Of a stretch of DNA of 64,000 nucleotides, positions 30,024 to 38,282 are shown in pieces (the stretch's first letter is position 1; every line of letters begins with the position of its first letter). The stretch lies in the IMG/VR virus record IMGVR_UViG_3300024274_000264. One strand, written 5' to 3'. The DNA comes from a virus. The position numbers were made by a program, and so were the translations under genes. Under the pieces are notes generated by a model that saw only the letters and a program-made list of their open reading frames with translations, ran no database searches and was not told the origin of the DNA.

Positions 30024-30427
30024 ATAATAAAATGAATAATATAATAATATTATGTAACGACGAGAAACCTCCTGAAAACTATACGGGAAAAATTAAATGG
30101 GAAACAGGTATGATTGAAATCCGTTTAAATGGAAAAGTTCATAATGTAAGTGGGCCAGTACAGGTTTATGACGAAGAAGGATTTAGACCATTAAAAGTTT
30201 TTTGGATAGATGATGTCAACTATTCTTTTAAATTGGAATATGTATTTCCAAAAAATAAAAATATGATTTTTCTTGGAAAAGAAAAAGGCAGATATGATCT
30301 TGAATGGTTAAAGTTTTTAACAGAAAATGGCTTAGAAGAATTCCCATTGATTCCAGAAATGGGAAAAGATGAAAAAATTTCTCGTTTTATTTCTAACTTT
30401 ACTAATCTAAAAGGAGAAAAAGAATAA
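30020..30427 (+). CDS. short paralogue of 25924..26559
   Basis: Shared GKEKG.Y.LEWLKFLTE.....FP..PEM. Confidence 0.7.
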   Translation: MNNKMNNIIILCNDEKPPENYTGKIKWETGMIEIRLNGKVHNVSGPVQVYDEEGFRPLKVFWIDDVNYSFKLEYVFPKNKNMIFLGKEKGRYDLEWLKFLTENGLEEFPLIPEMGKDEKISRFISNFTNLKGEKE

Positions 30428-30428
30428 A

Positions 30429-31268
30429 ATGCTTGCAAAAGCAGATATCTACTATAAACAAAATTTATATAAACTAATAACGAAAGGTAATAAAGATGAA
30501 AATCCAAGACCGAAATATAAAGATGGAACTCCTGCGAATAGTTTGTTTGTAACACAAGTGTTTGAAGAATATGATATAGAAAATGGTGAATTGCCATTTA
30601 CAACACTTAGAAACACAGCAGTTAAATCAGGAATAAAAGAAATTTTTTGGATTTATCAACTTCAATCTTCCAAACTAGAAGATACAAAAAAACTTGGGAT
30701 TAATTGGTGGAATGAATGGGAAATTGGAAATGGAACAATTGGTCAAAGATATGGGGCAACAGTTAGAAAATGGGATTTAATGAATAAACTTTTGCATGGA
30801 TTAAAACAAAATCCATTCGGAAGAAGACATATCCTTAACCTATATCAAGAATCTGATCTTCTTGAAACTGAAGGTTTGTATCCTTGTGCATTTGAAACAA
30901 TTTGGTCTGTCCGAAAAGACTTAACCTCTAAAAACTATATACTTGACATGACTCTTATTCAAAGAAGTTCAGATTATATTATGGCCAACTGGATTAACAA
31001 GGCACAGTATTATGCTTTACAGTTAATGGTTGCCTCGGATCTTGGTTACAAACCAGGCAAATTCTGCCACTATGTTCATAATCTTCATATTTACGATAGG
31101 CATTTAAATGCGGCAAACGAAATCATAAAAAGAGAATCGTTACAAGAACAGCCAAATTTTACTTTAAAACAAAGCAAAAGTTTTTACGAGTTTAATATCG
31201 ATGATTTTGAATTCGCCAATTTTGATAAACCGCAAAAAATCAATTCTGAACTAGAGATAGCAATATGA
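30429..31268 (+). CDS. thyA: thymidylate synthase
   Basis: YG, GRRHI, LYPCAF, QRSSD, HIYDRH. Confidence 0.93.
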   Translation: MLAKADIYYKQNLYKLITKGNKDENPRPKYKDGTPANSLFVTQVFEEYDIENGELPFTTLRNTAVKSGIKEIFWIYQLQSSKLEDTKKLGINWWNEWEIGNGTIGQRYGATVRKWDLMNKLLHGLKQNPFGRRHILNLYQESDLLETEGLYPCAFETIWSVRKDLTSKNYILDMTLIQRSSDYIMANWINKAQYYALQLMVASDLGYKPGKFCHYVHNLHIYDRHLNAANEIIKRESLQEQPNFTLKQSKSFYEFNIDDFEFANFDKPQKINSELEIAI

Positions 31269-31642
31269 TAAACTACGACAAAACAAAAGAAGAGCTTCTT
31301 TCTATATTAAAAGATCCTTCATTTAAATCAAAGTTTGAAGAAGTCAAAAAGAAAATAGAACAAGAGATATTGGGAAACAAAAAACTTTTAGTAACTAACG
31401 TTTTTGAAAAATATAAACTAAGTTACCACTTAGATCCAAACTATAATAGCGGATTAATGCTTTATGGTTTATACACACTGTTAACTGAAAAAGGTATTCA
31501 GGAAAGAGTTTTGGGAGTTTCCTGTAGAGAATATTTAAAATTTGTTTCAAATAAAAACCCTATTATGATCGAGACAAAACCTTTTCAAGAGGATGAGTTT
31601 CCTTCAGAAATGAAAGTTGAAAACTTCGGAGATTGGATGTAA
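31265..31642 (+). CDS. hypothetical protein
   Basis: Coupled ORF. Confidence 0.5.
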   Translation: MINYDKTKEELLSILKDPSFKSKFEEVKKKIEQEILGNKKLLVTNVFEKYKLSYHLDPNYNSGLMLYGLYTLLTEKGIQERVLGVSCREYLKFVSNKNPIMIETKPFQEDEFPSEMKVENFGDWM

Positions 31643-32034
31643 AAATGGAAAATGATATAAAACAAGTTCTTGTGTGGAGAAAAGACTTAAATGTTAGAAA
31701 AGGTAAAATAGCTGCCCAACTTGCCCACGCAAGTATAAAATGGCTAACTCAAAGGATTAGAAACAGTCCTGAAAAAAAAGCTATTGATCTTTTAGATGAA
31801 GAAGAAATTTCCTGGATCGATGGCAATTTTAAAAAAGTTGCCGTTTATGTCGAAACAGAAAAAGAATTGATAGAATTGTATCAAGCAGCAAAAGAGACGG
31901 GGTTGACCGTAAATTTAATAACCGACGCGGGATTAACTGAGTTTCATGGACAGCCAACTAAAACATGCTTAGCTATAGGACCACACTCTAGCGAGAAGAT
32001 TGATCCGCTGACTAGAGAGCTAAAACTGTTATGA
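31633..32034 (+). CDS. pth2: peptidyl-tRNA hydrolase, Pth2 type
   Basis: KQVLV.RKDL...KGKIAAQLAHAS, DAGLTEF, TCLAIGP, LKLL. Confidence 0.92.
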   Translation: MDVKMENDIKQVLVWRKDLNVRKGKIAAQLAHASIKWLTQRIRNSPEKKAIDLLDEEEISWIDGNFKKVAVYVETEKELIELYQAAKETGLTVNLITDAGLTEFHGQPTKTCLAIGPHSSEKIDPLTRELKLL

Positions 32035-32489
32035 AATATAATATAAAACTCATTTGTGAAAAACTCAATGTGACGCACCCACAACATGATAAAATAATGG
32101 AACGTGTGTCCGAACTGAAAGCAGATGTTGAAAGTTTATTTAAAGATCAGGAATATCTGGATTTCCACTTAAAAAACAGAAACGAAGAAGCGACAGAAAA
32201 ATCAGCTTTTATCTTTTTAAGACATTTGCCAAAGTATACACTCTCATTAAGTTTTCAAAACCATGAGTTTTACATTGCTGAATATGGAGAATATTTGTCT
32301 GAAACAAAGATTGAAATAATGATAGCTAATGTTTTTAACATTAAGGAATATATCTTTAAAAAAATTCCAAATTATTTGAAATATAGAACTGGTGCATTTT
32401 CTCTTGACCTTATAGATTATGAATTTCCGATAACAGCTTTGCCAAAAATTCATATCAAAATAAATGAACAATGGAATGGCCTCTGGTAA
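32031..32489 (+). CDS. hypothetical protein
   Basis: Coupled ORF; C-terminal LPKIHI resembles the paralogue-family tail. Confidence 0.5.
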   Translation: MKYNIKLICEKLNVTHPQHDKIMERVSELKADVESLFKDQEYLDFHLKNRNEEATEKSAFIFLRHLPKYTLSLSFQNHEFYIAEYGEYLSETKIEIMIANVFNIKEYIFKKIPNYLKYRTGAFSLDLIDYEFPITALPKIHIKINEQWNGLW

Positions 32490-33874
32490 ACATAATGAAA
32501 CTAAAATCAAAAACATATAGAAAATATACTGGAAAGGTTTATGACCTTTCTGTTGAGAATAAAAGTTCGTATAACGTCGAGGGTTTTCCTGTGCATAATT
32601 CTGGTGCGGGATCTTTAGTTTGTTACCTTTTAGGAATTACCCAGGTTGATCCAATTAAACATGGACTTTTGTTTGAAAGGTTTTTAAGTAAAAAGAAAGC
32701 ATGTCTCGGAGAAGATTCTTGGGTCTTGACCTATACGGGTCCTAAACAATTAAAAAATATTAAAATCGGAGACCGAATTAAAACTCATACAGGAAAATAT
32801 TTTCCTACCGTGGCAATTGATCTAACAAAAGATCGTACAGACTGGTATGAAATTACGTATGGTTATTGGCTAAATCATACCAGTCTTGGTTTGAAAGGTT
32901 TTCATAGACCATTTTATAGCGTTGGAAAATTGATAGCTAGTTCAAATCATAAATTTATTACAGCTCAACAATTTAATTGTCCACATATACAAAAAATTCC
33001 TTTAGATGTAAAATATAAAGATGTATCTGTTGAATTTATAAAATCAGTAGTAGATAATAGTTTTACAAAAACTCAGCCAAGATTTTATGGGAATGGATCT
33101 GATAATAAAACTTGGGAAATTTTTTCTATCGAAAAAGGTAAAGTCCCATTAACTTTAATTGATATTAAATTGGAAGCCGACCATACATTTTGGGTTTCAG
33201 ATAAAAAAGATGGCGTGTATGTTTTATCCCACAATTCCTTACCTGACATTGATAGCGATTGTGCAGACAGAGAAGAGGCAATTAAAATTCTTATCGAGCA
33301 TTTTGGAGAAGAATGCGTATTACCTGTTTCAAACTATAACCAACTTCAACTTAAATCCTTAATTAAAGATTTGGCTAGGTTATACCAAATTCCATTTGAA
33401 GAAATCAATCCAATTACTCAAAAAATTGAAAAAGAAACACTTGACGAAGATAAGAAACAAGATGGTTTCGATCGAGGTGTTTGGTTTCTTTCTTATGAAA
33501 GTGCCGAGAAAAACTCTCCAACTTTTAACAAACTATTGGAAGATTATCCACAACTTGAAGCGAGCATAAAAGTATTATTCAAACAAATAAAATCATGTTT
33601 TACGGAGGACACATTACTGTTGACTAACAGCGGTTGGAAAAAATACTCTGAAATTACAGAGCAAGACAAGATAGCATTTATTGACAACGTTGGAGAAATT
33701 CAATATAGTTCAGACTTTTTTAAAGTCGAAAATGGAGAAAAAGAAGTTTACAAAATTGAAACTTTAGATGGAAAGGTTTTGGAACTAACTGAAGACCATT
33801 TAGTTCAAACCGATAAAGGTTGGAAACAGGTAAAAGATTTAACAAATGAGGATTCTCTAATCGGATGGATATAA
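32471..33874 (+). CDS. dnaE: DNA polymerase III alpha, piece 2 of 4 (IntC1-extein-cis intein-extein-IntN2; likely start ATG 32495)
   Basis: VHN|SGAGSLVCYLLGIT.VDP...FERFL; catalytic SLPDIDSD; ends KS|CFTED... Confidence 0.95.
   Translation: MEWPLVNIMKLKSKTYRKYTGKVYDLSVENKSSYNVEGFPVHNSGAGSLVCYLLGITQVDPIKHGLLFERFLSKKKACLGEDSWVLTYTGPKQLKNIKIGDRIKTHTGKYFPTVAIDLTKDRTDWYEITYGYWLNHTSLGLKGFHRPFYSVGKLIASSNHKFITAQQFNCPHIQKIPLDVKYKDVSVEFIKSVVDNSFTKTQPRFYGNGSDNKTWEIFSIEKGKVPLTLIDIKLEADHTFWVSDKKDGVYVLSHNSLPDIDSDCADREEAIKILIEHFGEECVLPVSNYNQLQLKSLIKDLARLYQIPFEEINPITQKIEKETLDEDKKQDGFDRGVWFLSYESAEKNSPTFNKLLEDYPQLEASIKVLFKQIKSCFTEDTLLLTNSGWKKYSEITEQDKIAFIDNVGEIQYSSDFFKVENGEKEVYKIETLDGKVLELTEDHLVQTDKGWKQVKDLTNEDSLIGWI
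32495..32599 (+). mobile_element. split intein C fragment 1 (35 aa)
   Basis: KVYDLSVE...YNVEGFPVHN followed by Ser +1. Confidence 0.92.
32702..33235 (+). mobile_element. contiguous mini-intein (178 aa, no endonuclease) in dnaE
   Basis: CLGEDSWV..., SSNHKF block B, DIKLEADHTFW...LSHN|S. Confidence 0.9.
33596..33871 (+). mobile_element. split intein N fragment 2 (92 aa)
   Basis: CFTEDTLLLT.SGWK, LTEDHLV, GWKQVKDL then stop. Confidence 0.92.
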
Positions 33875-34320
33875 AGCAATTTTTTTCTGAAGACTATGAA
33901 AAAGTAACTTTAGAAAAGTCTCAAGCTGTTTTTGAATTGTTTTATAGTTTGGTTGATCAGTTAAAAACTAGAAAAATTATACATTCGGAAAAATTGATAT
34001 TGCTTGAAGAATTAGATGTATTTGCTATTAGTTGTCAAGATATGTCTATTGAATTTTTACGCAAATGTAAGTTCTTATCCGAAAAAGAGATTCAAGAGAT
34101 GTTTGTTACTATTTATACAATTAGCGATGAAAAAGTTCTTACCCCACACGATACTTGGATTTGGATTAATAATATCCAACTAACAAATAAATTTAAACCA
34201 CAATTTTCTTTAGGTATAAATTATGATGGAATTGAACTCTATTCTTATCTTTTGGAAATAGAAAATCAAAAAATAATAGGTCTCAAGTTGGAGCGAGAAT
34301 TCGGCGATGAAACAGAATAA
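33865..34320 (+). CDS. hypothetical protein inserted between dnaE pieces 2 and 3
   Basis: Overlaps both flanking dnaE ORFs; no nuclease motif recognised. Confidence 0.6.
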   Translation: MDIKQFFSEDYEKVTLEKSQAVFELFYSLVDQLKTRKIIHSEKLILLEELDVFAISCQDMSIEFLRKCKFLSEKEIQEMFVTIYTISDEKVLTPHDTWIWINNIQLTNKFKPQFSLGINYDGIELYSYLLEIENQKIIGLKLEREFGDETE

Positions 34321-34441
34321 AATAATCTCAATTCAAAAAATTGGTAAGAAACCTGTCTTTGATATTCACCACAATATTCCAACAGGTGCTTTTATTGACG
34401 ATCAGCCTAATATAGTGACCGAAGCTGGATTAATTTCAAAT
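34307..34441 (+). mobile_element. split intein C fragment 2 (45 aa, ends SN)
   Basis: KIISIQKIGKKPVFDI...GLISN followed by Cys +1. Confidence 0.88.
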
Positions 34442-35533
34442 TGCGGTCGCCACGCTGGCGGCGTTGTCCTCACTGACTCGCCGATCGAAAACCAGAATAT
34501 GCCTCTGATTATTGGCGGCAAGGGTGAGAAAAGATCGCTCCAAACACCTTGGACAGAAGGTGTAAACTTCAGAATGCTAGAACATTTTGGATTTCTTAAG
34601 TTTGACTTTTTGGCACTTGGAACACTCCGTATTTTTGAAAACACGGTAAGAAAAATATTAAAAAAACAAACAGGAAGACAAGAATCCGAAATACCATTTG
34701 AAGAAGTTCAAAAATGGTTTAATGATCATTTGTCACCAGACAATAATCCAATGGATGATCTTAAAGTTTATGAAAACGTGTTTTGGAATGGAAATTTTAT
34801 TTCGATTTTCCAGTTCGTAAAACCAAACACACAAGATTTTATGAAAAGGATGAAGCCTAGATCGGTCAAAGATATTGCGATTGCGACTTCAATACACCGC
34901 CCAGGCCCACTAGGATTAAAAGTAGATAGAGACTTTTTAGCGAATAGAGCAAACCCAGATTTGATTAAATATGAACATCCATTCTTAAAAGAAGTTTTAG
35001 AACCAACAAGCGGACTCTTAATTTTTCAAGAACAGTTACAGTTAATTTATCATCATTTATGTGGAGTTCCTCTCGACGAAACAGATTCCGTTCGTAAAGC
35101 ATTTACAAAGAAAGAAATCAACAACAAGGAAAAAGCGGCAAAAGAACGTGAGAAGTTAAAAGCTGAGTTTGTAGAAAAAACAAAAACCTTTGCAGGTCTT
35201 GAAGAACAAAAGGCATCAAAGTTTTTTGATAAAATGGAAAAATTGGTTGCGTATTCGTTTAACCAATGTTTGCATGGAGATTCACTTGTAGAAACTCAAA
35301 ACGGATTTAAGAAAATTAAAGAGGTTATACCAAACCAAGATTTAGTCAATAGTGTCAATGGATTTGTAAAAGTAAAAAATAAGTTTGAAAATGGTGTGAA
35401 AAATTTGGTTAAAATTAAAACGAAGTCTGGTAAAGAATTAGTCTGTACGTTAGATCATAAAATTCAAACACCTAATGGCATGAAAACTGTTAAAGAAATA
35501 ATAGAGCAAAAGCTTCAAATTATAGTAAAATAA
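34307..35533 (+). CDS. dnaE: DNA polymerase III alpha, piece 3 of 4 (IntC2-extein-IntN3)
   Basis: ISN|CGRHAGGVV, KFDFLAL, IFQF, RPGP, IFQEQ, AYSFNQ|CLHGD. Confidence 0.95.
   Translation: MKQNKIISIQKIGKKPVFDIHHNIPTGAFIDDQPNIVTEAGLISNCGRHAGGVVLTDSPIENQNMPLIIGGKGEKRSLQTPWTEGVNFRMLEHFGFLKFDFLALGTLRIFENTVRKILKKQTGRQESEIPFEEVQKWFNDHLSPDNNPMDDLKVYENVFWNGNFISIFQFVKPNTQDFMKRMKPRSVKDIAIATSIHRPGPLGLKVDRDFLANRANPDLIKYEHPFLKEVLEPTSGLLIFQEQLQLIYHHLCGVPLDETDSVRKAFTKKEINNKEKAAKEREKLKAEFVEKTKTFAGLEEQKASKFFDKMEKLVAYSFNQCLHGDSLVETQNGFKKIKEVIPNQDLVNSVNGFVKVKNKFENGVKNLVKIKTKSGKELVCTLDHKIQTPNGMKTVKEIIEQKLQIIVK
35267..35530 (+). mobile_element. split intein N fragment 3 (88 aa, basic)
   Basis: CLHGDSLVET.NG, CTLDHKI block B, then stop. 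Confidence 0.92.
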
Positions 35534-35553
35534 TTGTATCTGGTTTTAGTCAA

Positions 35554-35691
35554 ATGCAAAAATGTATGATCTGTAATCAAGAATTTAAGGTTATAAGATG
35601 GAAAATATTACGAATTTGGGAAAGCGAGATTAATTCTGATTTTGATTCGGTTCTCAAAAAAATAGAAGCTTTTGTAAAGGAAAAAAAATAA
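35554..35691 (+). pseudogene. 45-codon remnant of a Vsr-like endonuclease between dnaE pieces 3 and 4
   Basis: MQKCMICNQEFKVIRWKILRIWESEI...; WESE tail matches the endonucleases at 6545 and 28482; TAATG overlap with piece 4. Confidence 0.7.
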
Positions 35692-35801
35692 TGCTAGACG
35701 AGATCGATTCTGTTGAGTTTTATGGTATTGAAGAAACTTATGATTTGGAAGTGGATCATGAAGACCATACTTTTTATGCTAATGATATTTCTGTTTCTAA
35801 T
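35691..35801 (+). mobile_element. split intein C fragment 3 (37 aa, strongly acidic, ends SN)
   Basis: MLDEIDSVEFYGIEETYDLEVDHEDHTFYANDISVSN followed by Ser +1. Confidence 0.92.
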
Positions 35802-36833
35802 AGCCACGCAATTTCTTATTCAATAGCTACTTTTCAATGCAGCTATCTTTTAACATATCATCCAGATGAATGGATAACAGCTTGTTTAGATTATGCCGCT
35901 CTTGAAAAGGGTAAAGTTGTTGGTCAAGAAGATCCCAAAGCTGTTGCAATGAGAGAGGCACAAAAACTTGGCTATAAATTCTCAAAACCAGATATTAACT
36001 TCTCAAGTGCGGGATATGAAATGCATCCATTTAAAGAAAAAACAATAATTCCAGGATTGACAACAATTGATGGAATTGGAGAAGCAGCGCTCGAAGAAAT
36101 TAACAGAAATAAACCTTATAAAGATATAAAAGACTTATTAATAAAAGAAGATGGTTCTTGGAAACATTCTAAATTTAATCGTAAAGGATTAACAAATCTT
36201 ATTTGCTTAGAGGCCCTCGATAGTTTAAATCTTGTTTCGCCAACTGGTGAATTATCAAATTACAAACAAGCGTTTAATGTTATTGTCGAAAATTTTGATT
36301 TATTAAAGAAAACTTCAGCAAAGAAGAAAAATAATAACATTCAACCAATTTTAGATGAACTAATAAAAAAAGAACAAGAATTAAAAACAGAAGATTGGTC
36401 AAGAGCAGAAAAAACTAAATATTGGCTCGAACTTGCAGGTAGCGCAGACTTAAGTTTAATTCTTGATCCAAAATATTTTGAAGCAATAAAAGAGATGAAT
36501 CTTATAAGCGTTGATGAGATTAGAGAAATCGATTTTCTTGAAGAAGGAGAAAAGAAAAAGATCACAGAACAAGTTTGGTTTATTTTAAGAAAAGCAATAT
36601 TAAAAACAACAAAAACAGGAAAAATTTACGCCGAACTCTCTGTAATTGGAGAAAAGTTTTCAGACTTAACAGTAAAAGTTTGGGACATAAGTCCAACAGA
36701 AAACTTCGAAGCGTACCCAGTGTACGAGGTTTATTGCGGATCAATTACAAAAGACAAATATGGACTATCAACCAAACTAGATAAAATTGCTTCTTTGTCA
36801 GAAATTTATGATTATCTTTTTTCTGGCAATTGA
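35691..36833 (+). CDS. dnaE: DNA polymerase III alpha, piece 4 of 4 (IntC3 plus C-terminal extein)
   Basis: TYDLEV...FYANDISVSN|SHAISYS, PDINFS, GL..IDGIG (HhH), C-terminal OB-like region. Confidence 0.93.
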   Translation: MLDEIDSVEFYGIEETYDLEVDHEDHTFYANDISVSNSHAISYSIATFQCSYLLTYHPDEWITACLDYAALEKGKVVGQEDPKAVAMREAQKLGYKFSKPDINFSSAGYEMHPFKEKTIIPGLTTIDGIGEAALEEINRNKPYKDIKDLLIKEDGSWKHSKFNRKGLTNLICLEALDSLNLVSPTGELSNYKQAFNVIVENFDLLKKTSAKKKNNNIQPILDELIKKEQELKTEDWSRAEKTKYWLELAGSADLSLILDPKYFEAIKEMNLISVDEIREIDFLEEGEKKKITEQVWFILRKAILKTTKTGKIYAELSVIGEKFSDLTVKVWDISPTENFEAYPVYEVYCGSITKDKYGLSTKLDKIASLSEIYDYLFSGN

Positions 36834-36869
36834 CTACAATTTCGAAGATTCATACTTATATGAGTTAAA

Positions 36870-38246
36870 ATGGCACAAGGTATAAAAAATAGAAAAATTG
36901 GTGATATTTTTATTGATGAAGGAAACAAACAAATAATCTATACATTAACAAAACTTGAAATTTTTAATGGTGAATTTGGTAATATCAATTCTGATATTTT
37001 AAACTTAATAGAGAATGAGACATTCGAAGTAGCAAACAAGGTTAATATTAAAAAAACAGATCGTGTGAAAAGTGCTGTATTAGTACAGTTAACACGAAAT
37101 AAAACTAAGCAAGAATATAACTTAGTTAGATATTTTGATAAAGAAATTAATTCAAAATCTGATATTCCTACATGGGGAGGATTAAGTCTAAGAGATGATT
37201 TTGATCTTAGGTTTGGGATTAAACCAAGACTAAAATCTGCTATTGCGGGGCAAGCATTATATCAGCCATCAAAATTTGACTTTTCTGAATTGTTCACAGA
37301 CACAAAATCAATTGTCGAAACGGACAGATTTCAAGATCCAAATAAAATTTATAATACTTTGTTAAAAAAAGCAAAAGGAGATAGAACTAAGTTTGGATTA
37401 GTTATTCTTAAAATTTTGCTTGGATTAAAAAATAATAATTCAATTACAATACCTGATGGTTCACGTTTTTTAAAAGAAATAAATATATATGTTTCAGAAT
37501 TTATTGTTCCGTTGATGATTGCAATGAATAAAACATCAATTATGTTTGATAAACCGATGCTGAATATTGCCTCTAAGGCAAACCAAATAGGTTATGATGC
37601 AGAAATAAAAGATTTAACTTCTGGAAAAAATTATTTGGTTTCTGTAAAGCAGGGCGGTAGTCGTAGCAAACATGGAGCCTATGGATCAATTGCTTTTATT
37701 GCAAAGATTTTATCTGAAAAAAGATCAGTTTTAGAAAAACGAATATCAAATTTTGATTTGTTTGAAAAACTTTTAGGTATACTTCTTGGAAATTCTTCTT
37801 CTGAAGAAGATGAGAAAAATATAATATTATCGTTAACAAAACGAAAGACTTATAAAAATTTAATTGCTGTTGCCTCTAAACTTGGAATAGACAATTCTCA
37901 AATTGATACAATTACGACACAATTAAGTTCGCCAAGTTTTAATTTCGATCAAAAGATTGAATTACTTAATAAATTTGCATTAAATGTTTATTCAAAACTG
38001 AATGAAAATAAATGGTTCAAAGAGACTACAAAAACTATTTTGCAACTTGTGAATTTCATTCAAGCAAAACTTCTTATAACATCAAATAAGAATGGCGACC
38101 TACAAATACTTGGTGTTGAAGTTAACACACTGGATGAAAATGAAATTGATTTTAGTGCCAAGAAAAGCTATTTTGGAAATAAGTTGGCTACTGGACATGG
38201 TGGGTTTTTACTAAAAGAAATCGAAAAAGAAACTTTAGAATCATAG
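36870..38246 (+). CDS. hypothetical protein, possible PD-(D/E)XK-like nuclease
   Basis: SEF..P...GYDAEI...LVSVKQG weakly resembles D..(D/E/S)xK. Confidence 0.45.
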   Translation: MAQGIKNRKIGDIFIDEGNKQIIYTLTKLEIFNGEFGNINSDILNLIENETFEVANKVNIKKTDRVKSAVLVQLTRNKTKQEYNLVRYFDKEINSKSDIPTWGGLSLRDDFDLRFGIKPRLKSAIAGQALYQPSKFDFSELFTDTKSIVETDRFQDPNKIYNTLLKKAKGDRTKFGLVILKILLGLKNNNSITIPDGSRFLKEINIYVSEFIVPLMIAMNKTSIMFDKPMLNIASKANQIGYDAEIKDLTSGKNYLVSVKQGGSRSKHGAYGSIAFIAKILSEKRSVLEKRISNFDLFEKLLGILLGNSSSEEDEKNIILSLTKRKTYKNLIAVASKLGIDNSQIDTITTQLSSPSFNFDQKIELLNKFALNVYSKLNENKWFKETTKTILQLVNFIQAKLLITSNKNGDLQILGVEVNTLDENEIDFSAKKSYFGNKLATGHGGFLLKEIEKETLES

Positions 38247-38282
38247 TCTTTTCTTTATTTAAAGGTTATAATTAATTTTGTT

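Noticed and set aside
15060-36833. dnaE pieces as a pseudogene or sequencing frameshifts
   Set aside because: Every break is bounded by matching IntN/IntC motifs, no extein residues appear to be missing, and the catalytic motifs are intact
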